Under the pieces are notes generated by a model. That model saw only the letters and a program-made list of their open reading frames with translations, did no database searches and was not told the DNA's origin. 64,000 nt of DNA, from NCBI RefSeq assembly GCF_046105845.1, contig NZ_CP151004.1. One strand, written 5' to 3'. Source of the DNA: Escherichia coli (GTDB lineage Bacteria; Pseudomonadota; Gammaproteobacteria; Enterobacterales; Enterobacteriaceae). Of this stretch, positions 20,035 to 30,224 are shown in pieces. Position 1 is the first letter of the stretch; the number at the start of each line of letters is the position of its first letter. The translations under genes were made by a program, and so were the position numbers.

Positions 20035-20774
20035 GTAAATTATTTTGGGCGATGCTCTCTTTTATTACGCGTCTGCCTGTGCCGCGTCGCTGGTCCCAGG
20101 GACTGGATTTCGAGCATTATTCTCGCGGTATTATTACTTTTCCTTTAATTGGTTTATTGCTTGGCGCGATTAGCGGGCTGGTCTTCATGGCGTTGCAGGC
20201 ATGGTTTGGCGTACCACTGGCGGCACTGTTTAGCGTGCTGGTGCTGGCGCTGATGACCGGGGGATTCCACCTGGACGGCCTCGCCGATACCTGTGATGGC
20301 GTATTTTCTGCACGTAGCCGCGATCGCATGTTGGAAATCATGCGTGATAGTCGTTTAGGCACCCACGGCGGTCTGGCATTGATTTTTGTTGTACTGGCAA
20401 AGATTCTGGTGTTAAGCGAATTGGCTCTGCGTGGCGAACCGATCCTTGCATCGCTGGCGGCAGCATGCGCGGTTAGCCGCGGGACTGCCGCATTATTGAT
20501 GTATCGTCATCGTTATGCCCGGGAAGAAGGGCTTGGCAATGTGTTCATTGGCAAAATTGATGGGCGACAAACCTGCGTCACACTCGGCTTAGCCGCTATT
20601 TTTGCTGCCGTATTATTGCCGGGTATGCATGGTGTGGCTGCTATGGTGGTGACGATGGTGGCGATTTTCATCCTCGGTCAGCTTCTCAAACGTACGCTGG
20701 GCGGGCAAACCGGCGATACGCTGGGAGCAGCCATAGAGCTTGGTGAACTGGTCTTCCTGCTGGCACTGCTATAA
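20031..20774 (+). CDS. cobS: CobS adenosylcobinamide-GDP ribazoletransferase (cobalamin synthase)
   Basis: Internal start [18 protein letters not shown] overlaps the cobU stop (ATGA); polytopic membrane protein of 247 aa. Confidence 0.95.
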   Translation: MSKLFWAMLSFITRLPVPRRWSQGLDFEHYSRGIITFPLIGLLLGAISGLVFMALQAWFGVPLAALFSVLVLALMTGGFHLDGLADTCDGVFSARSRDRMLEIMRDSRLGTHGGLALIFVVLAKILVLSELALRGEPILASLAAACAVSRGTAALLMYRHRYAREEGLGNVFIGKIDGRQTCVTLGLAAIFAAVLLPGMHGVAAMVVTMVAIFILGQLLKRTLGGQTGDTLGAAIELGELVFLLALL

Positions 20775-20785
20775 AGAGACGTGAC

Positions 20786-21865
20786 ATGCAAACACTTGCC
20801 AATTTACTGAATACGATCCCTGCCATCGATCCTGCCACTATGTCGCGTGCACAACGGCATATTGACGGGTTACTCAAACCTGTTGGTAGCCTGGGAAGGC
20901 TGGAGGCGCTTGGCGTACAACTGGCGGGAATGCCGGGGTTGAATGGCATACCGCATGTGGGCAAAAAAGCGGTACTGGTTATGTGTGCCGATCACGGCGT
21001 CTGGGAGGAAGGGGTCGCTATTTCCCCAAAAGAAGTCACAGCCATTCAGGCTGAAAATATGACCCGCGGAACAACCGGCGTGTGTGTGCTGGCAGCACAA
21101 GCGGGCGCTAACGTCCACGTAATTGATGTTGGTATTGATACTGCTGAGCCTATCCCCGGGCTTATCAACATGCGTGTCGCACGAGGTAGCGGCAATATTG
21201 CTTCAGCTCCGGCAATGAGTCGCCGTCAGGCTGAAACGTTGCTTTTGGACGTCATATGCTATACGCGGGAGCTGGCAAAAAACGGTGTCACGCTGTTTGG
21301 TGTAGGTGAACTGGGGATGGCAAACACGACACCGGCAGCGGCGATAGTGAGCACAATCACTGGCCTGGATCCTGAAGAAGTGGTTGGGATTGGCGCAAAC
21401 CTGCCGACAGATAAACTGGCTAATAAAATTGATGTTGTGCGACGGGCGATTACGTTGAATCAACCAAATCCGCAGGATGGCGTTGATGTCCTGGCAAAAG
21501 TGGGTGGATTTGATTTGGTCGGAATGGCTGGCGTGATGTTAGGCGCTGCGTCCTGCGGTTTACCGGTGTTGCTGGATGGATTTCTTTCTTATGCTGCCGC
21601 GCTCGCAGCCTGCCAGATGTCTCCTGCAATCAAACCGTATCTCATTCCTTCTCACCTGTCGGCAGAAAAAGGGGCGCGTATAGCGCTGTCGCATTTGGGG
21701 CTGGAGCCTTATCTCAATATGGATATGCGTTTAGGTGAGGGAAGTGGCGCAGCTCTGGCGATGCCCATCATCGAAGCTGCCTGTGCGATATACAACAGCA
21801 TGGGCGAACTTGCTGCCAGTAATATTGTTCTACCGGGGAATACGACTTCTGATTTGAACAGTTAA
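20786..21865 (+). CDS. cobT: CobT nicotinate-nucleotide:dimethylbenzimidazole phosphoribosyltransferase
   Basis: 359 aa beginning [40 protein letters not shown]. Confidence 0.95.
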   Translation: MQTLANLLNTIPAIDPATMSRAQRHIDGLLKPVGSLGRLEALGVQLAGMPGLNGIPHVGKKAVLVMCADHGVWEEGVAISPKEVTAIQAENMTRGTTGVCVLAAQAGANVHVIDVGIDTAEPIPGLINMRVARGSGNIASAPAMSRRQAETLLLDVICYTRELAKNGVTLFGVGELGMANTTPAAAIVSTITGLDPEEVVGIGANLPTDKLANKIDVVRRAITLNQPNPQDGVDVLAKVGGFDLVGMAGVMLGAASCGLPVLLDGFLSYAAALAACQMSPAIKPYLIPSHLSAEKGARIALSHLGLEPYLNMDMRLGEGSGAALAMPIIEAACAIYNSMGELAASNIVLPGNTTSDLNS

Positions 21866-21926
21866 AAACGAAAAGTCTGATAAAAGCTATACTTAACTGA
21901 TAGCTTTCGCGACTTAGGAAAGGGAC

Positions 21927-22853
21927 ATGATGCGTCGTGTAAATATTTTTTGGTCATTTGCTCTACTTTTTGCCAGCCATAATAGCCTGGCGGTAACTTA
22001 TCCATTACCTCCAGAGGGTAGCCGTTTAGTGGGACAGTCGCTTACTGTAACTGTTCCTGATCACAATACCCAGCCGCTGGAGACTTTTGCCGCACAATAC
22101 GGGCAAGGGTTAAGTAACATGCTGGAAGCGAATCCGGGCGCTGATGTTTTCTTGCCGAAGTCAGGCTCGCAACTCACCATTCCGCAGCAACTGATTTTGC
22201 CCGCCACTGTTCGTAAAGGGATTGTGATTAACGTCGCTGAGATGCGTCTTTATTACTACCCACCAGACAGTAATACTGTGGAGGTTTTTCCTATTGGTAT
22301 CGGCCAGGCTGGGCGAGAAACCCCGCGTAACTGGGTGACTACCGTTGAACGTAAACAAGAAGCACCAACCTGGACGCCAACGCCGAACACCCGGCGCGAA
22401 TATGCGAAACGAGGGGAGAGTTTGCCCGCATTTGTTCCTGCGGGGCCCGATAATCCCATGGGGCTGTACGCGATTTATATTGGCAGGCTATATGCCATCC
22501 ACGGTACCAATGCCAATTTTGGTATTGGGCTCCGGGTAAGTCAGGGCTGTATTCGTCTGCGCAATGACGATATCAAATATCTGTTTGATAATGTTCCTGT
22601 AGGTACTCGTGTTCAAATTATTGATCAGCCAGTGAAATACACAATGGAACCGGATGGTTCAAAGTGGCTGGAAGTTCATGAGCCGCTGTCGCGCAATCGT
22701 GCAGAATATGATTCTGACCGAAAAGTGCCATTGCCGGTAACCCCATCTTTGCGGGCGTTTATCAACGGGCAAGAAGTTGATGTAAATCGCGCAAATGTTG
22801 CGTTGCAACGTCGATCGGGAATGCCTGTGAATATCAACCGTAACGGATTTTGA
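21927..22853 (+). CDS. ldtA: L,D-transpeptidase LdtA (ErfK)
   Basis: 308 aa with signal peptide; YkuD-type catalytic motif [20 protein letters not shown]. Confidence 0.92.
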   Translation: MMRRVNIFWSFALLFASHNSLAVTYPLPPEGSRLVGQSLTVTVPDHNTQPLETFAAQYGQGLSNMLEANPGADVFLPKSGSQLTIPQQLILPATVRKGIVINVAEMRLYYYPPDSNTVEVFPIGIGQAGRETPRNWVTTVERKQEAPTWTPTPNTRREYAKRGESLPAFVPAGPDNPMGLYAIYIGRLYAIHGTNANFGIGLRVSQGCIRLRNDDIKYLFDNVPVGTRVQIIDQPVKYTMEPDGSKWLEVHEPLSRNRAEYDSDRKVPLPVTPSLRAFINGQEVDVNRANVALQRRSGMPVNINRNGF

Positions 22854-23014
22854 CATTCAAAACGTCTGGTTTGTCGGTCTGTGTAAGCATTCCGTCATGC
22901 AGAACAGGTTGTTTCGAATCATACAAATGATAATTTTCTTCTCATATGCGCATCTCTTATGAGCATAAACGTTATACTCTTCTGATTTATACATGTTTGC
23001 GGATGACATGATCA

Positions 23015-23992
23015 ATGGAAAAGAGAATGACGAAACAGAATAAAAACAGCCGTTGGCAGGGTTACGATCCTCGTTACATATACTCGCTCGTGGTCAGACG
23101 CTATTTTGCGGATATGAAAACCAAGATTGAGATTGCTGAGGAGCTTGGCGTTTCCCGCTTTAAAGTTGCCAGATTGATCGATGAGGCGATCGAACAGGAT
23201 TACGTGAGGTTTATCTTCCCTAAGCAGCAAGCGATGGATGAAGAAATCGCCAATAATCTACGGAAAAAATTTCATCTGGAAGATGCAATTGTTCTTTCAG
23301 TTGCTGAATCATGGACGACGCAAGAAGAACTCAATCACAAATTGGGTGAAGTCACCGCTGAATATCTTACGCAATCTCTTCATGAAGGTATGAAAGTGGG
23401 GATCGCCTGGGGACGTGTATTATCAAGTACGGTCAGTAAGTTGAGCAAGCTGCCTCCTTTAGACGTTGTGCAGTTATCTGGCGTACATCCGGGGATTGAG
23501 TTTAGTCAAGGGCCAATAGATCTTATTCATAAGATCGCTGCCATTTCGCAGGGAAAAGCGCACCCAATGTACGTGCCGATGTGGGTCGATGACGAAGAGC
23601 TTGCTGCCAGACTGGCAGGTGATCCTGCGGTATTAGATACACAGCAATATTACTCACAGTTGGATGTGGTTATCACCGGGATAGGTGACTGGAAATCAGG
23701 TTCTTCAAGCTTGTGTAAAATATTTCCGGATACCTGGTGCGAAGCTTTGTTTCAACAAGATATCGCTGCGGATGTGTGTATCTCGTTGGTCAGCAGGGAA
23801 GGGAAGATTCTTCATAGTCCTATTGAACGTCTGGGATTTGGCATTTCGACGGATCAACTACAAAAAGCCAAAAAAGTGATTGGTGTCGCCGGAGGGGAAG
23901 AGAAATATGAAGGCATTCTTGCTTCGCTGAAATCTGGACTTTTGAATGTCTTAATTACTGATTTTGATACGGCCATTAAACTTCTGGATTAA
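23015..23992 (+). CDS. SorC/DeoR-type sugar-binding transcriptional regulator
   Basis: 325 aa; N-terminal HTH (KIEIAEELGVSRFKVARLIDEA) and C-terminal sugar-phosphate-binding domain (VGIAWGRVL...VIGVAGGEEK). Confidence 0.8.
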   Translation: MEKRMTKQNKNSRWQGYDPRYIYSLVVRRYFADMKTKIEIAEELGVSRFKVARLIDEAIEQDYVRFIFPKQQAMDEEIANNLRKKFHLEDAIVLSVAESWTTQEELNHKLGEVTAEYLTQSLHEGMKVGIAWGRVLSSTVSKLSKLPPLDVVQLSGVHPGIEFSQGPIDLIHKIAAISQGKAHPMYVPMWVDDEELAARLAGDPAVLDTQQYYSQLDVVITGIGDWKSGSSSLCKIFPDTWCEALFQQDIAADVCISLVSREGKILHSPIERLGFGISTDQLQKAKKVIGVAGGEEKYEGILASLKSGLLNVLITDFDTAIKLLD

Positions 23993-24009
23993 TAGCCGTA
24001 TCTGTGAAG

Positions 24010-24038
24010 AAAGGGCAGTACCGCTGATTCTGCCCTTT
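24010..24038. terminator. Bidirectional hairpin between convergent regulator and PTS IIA gene
   Basis: Inverted repeat aagggcag...ctgccctt followed by tttaattt. Confidence 0.55.
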
Positions 24039-24043
24039 TAATT

Positions 24044-24502
24044 TCAGGATGCTGCGAGCGTATCCTCTACATATTTAGCCACGCGCGTTGCAGGTAAATT
24101 GCGGCAAGTCTCAACAAAGGCGTTATCCTGAAACAGTGTGAATAAACGACGCAATATCGACATATGTTGATCACTGGTGGCAAATGCCAGGTTAAACATA
24201 ATGCTACAATCAACTGTTAAAGCAGCATCTTCCATCTGTCCGAAAGTGACATCATTGGAGAAACGAACAATACTGATGCTGTTTACATTTACCAGCGTGT
24301 AATCGGCATGGGGAATGGCGATACCCTGACCGTTTGCCATCATTAATCCTGTCGGATAGCTTTTTTCACGTTCCAGACAGGCGTCAATGTATTCTGCAGT
24401 GATGTAGCCTTTTTCCAATAATTGCGTACCAGCAAAGGTGATCGCCGTTTGATAGTCGTTGATGCTGTTATCAACATCATTTACCAGAATTTCAAATTTC
24501 AT
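24044..24502 (-). CDS. PTS EIIA component (fructose/mannitol/galactitol type 2 family)
   Basis: 152 aa; conserved histidine context GQGIAIPHADYT typical of EIIA-2 domains. Confidence 0.8.
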   Translation of the reverse strand: MKFEILVNDVDNSINDYQTAITFAGTQLLEKGYITAEYIDACLEREKSYPTGLMMANGQGIAIPHADYTLVNVNSISIVRFSNDVTFGQMEDAALTVDCSIMFNLAFATSDQHMSILRRLFTLFQDNAFVETCRNLPATRVAKYVEDTLAAS

Positions 24503-24512
24503 TGCACACCTG

Positions 24513-24797
24513 TTATTTCAGTATCTCTTCTTTAACTGCAGCGAAAATCTCATCTTCGCCCAGACCAGTCAGTAATCCAGCGCCAACGATGACACGAGTA
24601 GTAATGGCCGGGTTATCGAGTTTGGTCGATGAAACCACCAGGTCATAGCTGTTGAAGGTATCGCTGGTGCATGCCATTAACGAAGATTTATCGACTTGCG
24701 CTTCAATTTTCTCTTCTTTCAGTAAGTCCTGCAGTACAGAGACCATGATGGAAGATGAGGCAATTCCGTTTCCGCAAACTACTAAGATTTTTTTCAT
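24513..24797 (-). CDS. PTS EIIB component (galactitol/lactose-type)
   Basis: 94 aa; N-terminal MKKILVVCGNGIASSS with phosphorylatable cysteine. Confidence 0.8.
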   Translation of the reverse strand: MKKILVVCGNGIASSSIMVSVLQDLLKEEKIEAQVDKSSLMACTSDTFNSYDLVVSSTKLDNPAITTRVIVGAGLLTGLGEDEIFAAVKEEILK

Positions 24798-24820
24798 TTG
24801 ATTATTCCTCTGTAAAAGAT

Positions 24821-26191
24821 TTAAAGCGCTTTTTCTAAATCCGTTTCAATCTGGCGACGTGATTTTTGTTTAATTAAGTATCCAATAGATAACAAAAGGA
24901 TACCTGCCATCACATAGCCAATGATTCCAACATGGCTCAGGGCGGCAAACAGACCAGTAAATGGATTCGCAGACGGGTTAAGCGAAGAGTACATCACGCT
25001 GGCATCCGGGTTTGTACCAAACTTCTGGAAGACTTCGTTGGTAGCCGGTGCCATCCACGATGCAATATACAGACCACCACCGAACAAAATGATCGAGGTC
25101 ACCCAGGTGCGAATAATGTTGCCATTGAAAACAGGCACCATGCAGGCAATGAAAAACACAAACTGAGAGAGGTCACCCAGTGGCATAACGCGGTTGCCGG
25201 GCAAGATCACTGCGAGGATCACAATCACCGGGATCAGTAATAATGCCGGGGCGATAACTGACGGATGACCCACAATCAGGGCAGTGTCCATTCCAACAGT
25301 GATTTGACGATCCGGGAAACGTTTGACCAGTTTTTTGCGTGCCACGTTGGAAAGCGGAACAAGCCCTTCCATCATGATAGAGGTCATACGTGGCAACAGA
25401 AGCATGACTGCAGCCAGATACATCCCTAACTGTAGGCTGGCAATTATGGTGTGGTAGGGGGATTTCCAGCCATAACCACAAAAGCCCAACAAAATACCAA
25501 TAATAAAACCAACCATAGTTGGATCGCCCAGAATGCCAAACCGTTTTTGAATAGTTTCGGCGGTCACATTCAGATTACGGAAGCCTGGGATGCGATCATA
25601 AATCCAGTTGAATGGATAAGCGAAAAGTAAGTAGGTATTGGCAACCGGGTGAGAGATCGCAACACCTTTTGGCAGGTTAAAGAATTTTTCGTTATTTTTA
25701 GCACCGAGATCGGCAGCGATCAGCGCCCAGACATGGAATAGCGCGGCGGTCAATGCGCCATACAGGAAGCTACCAGAATAGACGCCAACAATTGCCCCCA
25801 TTGACGCATTTTGATGAAGGTTGAAAACATCAACGTTAACACAGTCAGTCAGGCGGGCGACCAGCATTGCAATATTTACCGCAACACAGAGGGGAATAAT
25901 GATAGCGCCCATGCTGGAGCCAAATCCCATCACTGCAGTCGCTGCGCCACCAACATCGATGGCACTGAGCGAGGAACCTGTTGCTTCTGCTAATCCGGTG
26001 ACTGCCGGTTGCATTTTTTCCAGCATCAGTTTGATGGTCATGGTTAGCGCAATGAAACCAATGCCGACTTTGATGGCGGAGGAGATACATTCTGAAAGAG
26101 GACGGCCAAGTATCTTCATCAGTACCAGAAAGATGACCGGGATAAATATAAAATTTCCCAGATCGTTTATAAATTGCGTGATCAGTTCCAT
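24821..26191 (-). CDS. PTS EIIC permease, galactitol (GatC) family
   Basis: 456 aa polytopic membrane protein; resembles GatC/SgcC-type EIIC. Confidence 0.8.
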   Translation of the reverse strand: MELITQFINDLGNFIFIPVIFLVLMKILGRPLSECISSAIKVGIGFIALTMTIKLMLEKMQPAVTGLAEATGSSLSAIDVGGAATAVMGFGSSMGAIIIPLCVAVNIAMLVARLTDCVNVDVFNLHQNASMGAIVGVYSGSFLYGALTAALFHVWALIAADLGAKNNEKFFNLPKGVAISHPVANTYLLFAYPFNWIYDRIPGFRNLNVTAETIQKRFGILGDPTMVGFIIGILLGFCGYGWKSPYHTIIASLQLGMYLAAVMLLLPRMTSIMMEGLVPLSNVARKKLVKRFPDRQITVGMDTALIVGHPSVIAPALLLIPVIVILAVILPGNRVMPLGDLSQFVFFIACMVPVFNGNIIRTWVTSIILFGGGLYIASWMAPATNEVFQKFGTNPDASVMYSSLNPSANPFTGLFAALSHVGIIGYVMAGILLLSIGYLIKQKSRRQIETDLEKAL

Positions 26192-26194
26192 ACA

Positions 26195-26731
26195 TTAACC
26201 CTCAGATTTTTCATCATCTGGTCGGAAACCCATATTCCAGCGTACATCAGCGGGCTTAACCAGCAATGCATTATCGTTACGTTCAGCTTCTAGTAAGTTC
26301 TTTTTAGAATTTTCTCTGGCGGTGGTGAAGTCGAATGGGTTATCCAACCATGCATCGACAATCATTTTGCTGTATTCGAGATCGTTGACCCGGCAACCCA
26401 GTCCAATAACTTGTGCGTTATTGCTGAGTCGCGCCCGCTTTGCGGAGTAGGGGTTAGTAACCGCAACGGCTCTTATGCCCCAGTGTTTGTTGATCTGACA
26501 AGTAAAGCCAATGCCAGTCCCACAAATGTAAATTCCCAGACGGCACTCATCGCGTTGAATAATGCCTGCCATTTCGTCGGCTAGACGCGCGAAGTTATTG
26601 ACACCTTGTTCCTTACATGTGACGGGATCGTACACGATCTCCATGTTTTTCTCTTCTATGAGGTATTTTTTTATCTCCTCTTTACGTGCAAAACCTACAT
26701 CATCGCTTGCGATAGCAATCTTCGTTTTCAT
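26195..26731 (-). CDS. RpiB/LacAB-family sugar-phosphate isomerase with C-terminal extension
   Basis: 178 aa; motif GIYICGTGIGFTCQINKHWGIRAVAV resembles the RpiB active-site region; first gene of the minus-strand PTS operon. Confidence 0.75.
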   Translation of the reverse strand: MKTKIAIASDDVGFARKEEIKKYLIEEKNMEIVYDPVTCKEQGVNNFARLADEMAGIIQRDECRLGIYICGTGIGFTCQINKHWGIRAVAVTNPYSAKRARLSNNAQVIGLGCRVNDLEYSKMIVDAWLDNPFDFTTARENSKKNLLEAERNDNALLVKPADVRWNMGFRPDDEKSEG

Positions 26732-27079
26732 TTCATTTTGCCTGTCGTTAAGTAACTAAAGCCAAGTATGCTGTTGGTAAATATTGGTTGTCAATTGAGA
26801 TCTAAATCACAAAATTTATAACTGATTGATTTTTATGATAAAAAAAACCAATAAAAACAAATAAAAAATAAATTAAGCCAATTGAGACAAATTGGGATTG
26901 TACAGTGGCGTTGTAATGAATAATAAAAACTCATTTATTATCAATCGGATATATGGTTTTTGAACTATTGTCTTTATTGGGTTTATTTGTACTTTCCACT
27001 GTTAGTGTTTGTTTTTGTTTGCATCATCTGTGCTATGCTTGGCGTTTTCTAAGATGGGTAATAGATTTCAGGAGGAAGG
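26732..27079. promoter_or_regulatory. AT-rich divergent control region between the minus-strand PTS operon and the DeoR-family regulator gene
   Basis: About 350 bp, very AT-rich, no coding potential, flanked by divergent gene starts. Confidence 0.5.
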
Positions 27080-27835
27080 ATGTATCTGGTTGATGAAAGG
27101 CGAAAGTTAATACTTGAAGACTTAATGTCGGCAGGTACGGTCTATGTCAGTGATCTTGCACGAAAGTATGAAGTAACGTATGAGACCATCAGGAAAGATT
27201 TGACCCATCTTGAACAAAAAGGGCTGCTGATCAAAAGCCATGGTGGGGCGACTTTAAAGCAAAGGGCCATAGAGCATCCCTTTCAGGTCAGGGAAAAAGA
27301 AAATAACTCTTATAAGAAGGCGATAGCTCGTAAAGCGCTTGATTTCATTCCGCCTAATAGTTCGATGATTATCGGTACGGGCAGTACCACTTTTGAGCTG
27401 GCTAACCTGTTATGTATGAAGTCTGGGTTTAAAATCTTCACAGATTCGCTCCCCGTTGCCAGTGTGTTGATTGAATCTGACAATCAGGTTTTTCTCTTTG
27501 GCGGCGAACTGCGTAGAAAGAGTTCCTCAGTGTTTGGGGGGTGGGCGGTATCTATGATCAACGATATACATGTTGATCTCTGTTTCATTGGAACCGACGG
27601 TTTTAGTAACATGACTGGTCCATCGACGCCTTCTTCTTCTGATGCGTTTTTGGATCGCACGATAATTTCGCACTCAGACAAAAAATATATCCTCGGTGAT
27701 TACACCAAGTTTGAGCGCAGCAGTTTGTTTAAGATCTGCGACTGGTCGGAGATCACCGCCCTTATTACCAACGATCATGCCGACAAAGAGGGGATTGCCG
27801 AAGTCGCAAAATACACGTCAGTAATAACCTGTTAG
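27080..27835 (+). CDS. DeoR-family transcriptional regulator
   Basis: 251 aa; N-terminal HTH (VYVSDLARKYEVTYETIRKDLTHLEQKGLL) and C-terminal DeoR sugar-binding domain. Confidence 0.85.
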   Translation: MYLVDERRKLILEDLMSAGTVYVSDLARKYEVTYETIRKDLTHLEQKGLLIKSHGGATLKQRAIEHPFQVREKENNSYKKAIARKALDFIPPNSSMIIGTGSTTFELANLLCMKSGFKIFTDSLPVASVLIESDNQVFLFGGELRRKSSSVFGGWAVSMINDIHVDLCFIGTDGFSNMTGPSTPSSSDAFLDRTIISHSDKKYILGDYTKFERSSLFKICDWSEITALITNDHADKEGIAEVAKYTSVITC

Positions 27836-28010
27836 AACTCACTACGACACGCCTTCTCTCTTCGAATCAGCTTTGCCAAATGTAATCATTTCATAATTAT
27901 CAAGTGAGCATCCATGGCGATGCTTGCTTAGCGCCCTCTATTGAATACATCCTCTACATATTGCCAGTTTCACTTCATTTTTAGCGACGAAATCATTTTT
28001 TGAATCACGA

Positions 28011-28152
28011 TTTGCTCATATGAGCGTAAATAGTGTCGCCATTATGTGATTTTTTGTGATCTGGATTTAATTTCTCAGATCTCGTCATTTGTCCACAGGA
28101 TCGTTGTGCTATAACTGCTCATATGAAGGTTGTTCAATGCTCATGTGAGCAT
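28011..28152. promoter_or_regulatory. Three palindromic operator-like sites upstream of the plus-strand PTS operon
   Basis: tgctcatatgagcg (28013-28026), gctcatatga (28117-28126) and aatgctcatgtgagcatt (28137-28152) share the inverted-repeat core GCTCAT-ATGAGC. Confidence 0.5.
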
Positions 28153-28172
28153 TGGGGGTGAGGGGGAAGGAT

Positions 28173-28616
28173 ATGATATCGATCAGTGTTGCCGATGGTG
28201 CGGGACTACAGAACTACGATGCCGTGCTTGAACATATTTATAACACGCATCGTGAAACGAATACGGTGAAAGAGAGCTGGCTCAATGCTATGCGTAAACG
28301 CGAAGCGGAATATCCGACAGGAATAGAACTGGAAGGTTATTCTATCGCTATACCACACTGTGATAGTGAACATGCGAATCAACCGGCTATTTACATCATC
28401 CGTCTGCCAGACGCAATACCTGTGAACAGGGCTGATGAAGATGGAATATTGTGGGTCAGACTGGTCGTTAATATCATTGTTACGGATCCTGCTGACCAGC
28501 TTCGATTGTTAAAGTCATTATTTAACCATCTCCAAAATGAAGAATTCTACCAAAACTTACTGACACTTCCCGTCGAGGATGCAAAAGCACTTTTTGTATC
28601 CAGGATAATCCAATAG
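28173..28616 (+). CDS. PTS EIIA component (type 2 family)
   Basis: Probable start at second ATG (ggaagga ribosome-binding site); conserved histidine context YSIAIPHCDSE. Confidence 0.8.
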   Translation: MISISVADGAGLQNYDAVLEHIYNTHRETNTVKESWLNAMRKREAEYPTGIELEGYSIAIPHCDSEHANQPAIYIIRLPDAIPVNRADEDGILWVRLVVNIIVTDPADQLRLLKSLFNHLQNEEFYQNLLTLPVEDAKALFVSRIIQ

Positions 28617-28634
28617 TAAAAACTGGAGTTTATT

Positions 28635-28928
28635 ATGATTAATATTCTTGTTGCTTGTGGTAGCGGTGTCGCTACATCTACGCTTGCTGCTGATGAAGTG
28701 AAGTCAGTATGTGCTGAATATGGTATTACGGCATTTAAAATCAACAAATGCAGTATGGCTGAACTTTCTTCTGAGATGGCTCATGCAGATATTGTACTCA
28801 CAACTAATAATTATAAAGGTGATATTGGGAAACCACATATGAGCGTTGCAGGTTTTGTAACGGGTATTAATGAAGGAGCATTACGCAAGAAATTAGGAGA
28901 GTTATTAACTGAATTAGCAAATAGCTAA
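28635..28928 (+). CDS. PTS EIIB component (galactitol-type)
   Basis: 97 aa; MINILVACGSGVATST with phosphorylatable cysteine. Confidence 0.8.
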   Translation: MINILVACGSGVATSTLAADEVKSVCAEYGITAFKINKCSMAELSSEMAHADIVLTTNNYKGDIGKPHMSVAGFVTGINEGALRKKLGELLTELANS

Positions 28929-28948
28929 ACCTGACAGGAATAATAAAA

Positions 28949-30202
28949 ATGGAAATGTTGAAAAATTTAATGGAAACAATCACCGGAATGGGGGCGACTG
29001 CAATACTGCCGCTGGTGATATTTATTTTAGGTCTGGTGTTCAGAATGAAACCAGGTGCCGCGATCAAGTCGGGCATCACCGTCGGTATTGGTTTTATTGG
29101 TTTAGGTTTAGTTGTTGGTTTATTAAATAGTTCATTACAGCCAGCTATCGAGTATTACTCAAAAGTAGGCAGTGGTTTTACGGTTGCAGATATTGGTTGG
29201 CCAGCAGTCGGTGCGGCTGCATGGGTAGCACCTTTTGCCGCATTAGTGATACCAGTTGGCATCGTACTTAACCTGATTCTGGTGCGCCTGAAATTAACCA
29301 AAACGTTAAATGTTGATATCTGGAACTATATGCATTTTTTAGTTCCGGGCGCTCTGGCATATTTTGTGTTCGACAGTTTTATCATCGGCTTCTCTGTCGC
29401 GGTGGCTTTGAGTATTGCGGCCCTGTTTATTGGCGATTTGATTGCGCCCAGATGGCAAAAATATTATGGACTCGAGGGAACAACCTGTACCACGATGATT
29501 CATATCGGCTGGACTCTACCGTTCGCCTGGGTAGTAAATAAAATCATTGATTACATCCCTGGGTTAAATAAGTTAGATGTTGACTTAAACAGTGTGCAAA
29601 AACGCCTGGGTGTCTTTGGTGAACCTGCAATTATCGGTGTTATCGTTGGCGCATTACTCGGAGTTTTAACGAAACAGGCAATTACCACAATTGTTCCCAT
29701 GGCGATGGGGGTTGCTGGTGTAATGGTATTGTTACCTAAAGTGGTCGGTGTGCTGATGGAAGGTCTTAACCCGATTGGGAAAAGTGCCAAAGAAATCATG
29801 CAAAAACAGATGGGTAAAGATGCTGAATTAAACATCGGTATGGATTGTGCACTGGCGTTGGGGGATCCGGCGACGGTCACCGTGACAGTCATTACCATTC
29901 CTTTAACTATGCTATGTGCTCTGGTATTGCCTGATATTAAGATCTTCCCAATTGGCGTATTGATGTCAATTATTTATATGACCACCATGACCGTAATGGC
30001 GAGCAACGGTAACGTGATTCGTTCGATTATCTCGACCTTGTTATTCTGCGTTGTAGTGATGTATTTAGGCGGTTATGTCGCACCAGGGGCAACGCAATTT
30101 TTAGCTGGAGCCGGTGTAGGCTTGCAAGGACAAGGTACTGATTTTGTATTAACCGGCCCGTGGGAAATTTTAACCTATTGGTTGAGCACCGTATTACATT
30201 GA
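28949..30202 (+). CDS. PTS EIIC permease, galactitol (GatC) family
   Basis: 417 aa polytopic membrane protein of GatC/SgcC type. Confidence 0.8.
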   Translation: MEMLKNLMETITGMGATAILPLVIFILGLVFRMKPGAAIKSGITVGIGFIGLGLVVGLLNSSLQPAIEYYSKVGSGFTVADIGWPAVGAAAWVAPFAALVIPVGIVLNLILVRLKLTKTLNVDIWNYMHFLVPGALAYFVFDSFIIGFSVAVALSIAALFIGDLIAPRWQKYYGLEGTTCTTMIHIGWTLPFAWVVNKIIDYIPGLNKLDVDLNSVQKRLGVFGEPAIIGVIVGALLGVLTKQAITTIVPMAMGVAGVMVLLPKVVGVLMEGLNPIGKSAKEIMQKQMGKDAELNIGMDCALALGDPATVTVTVITIPLTMLCALVLPDIKIFPIGVLMSIIYMTTMTVMASNGNVIRSIISTLLFCVVVMYLGGYVAPGATQFLAGAGVGLQGQGTDFVLTGPWEILTYWLSTVLH

Positions 30203-30224
30203 TTTAATAATCTGGAGTTTTAAC

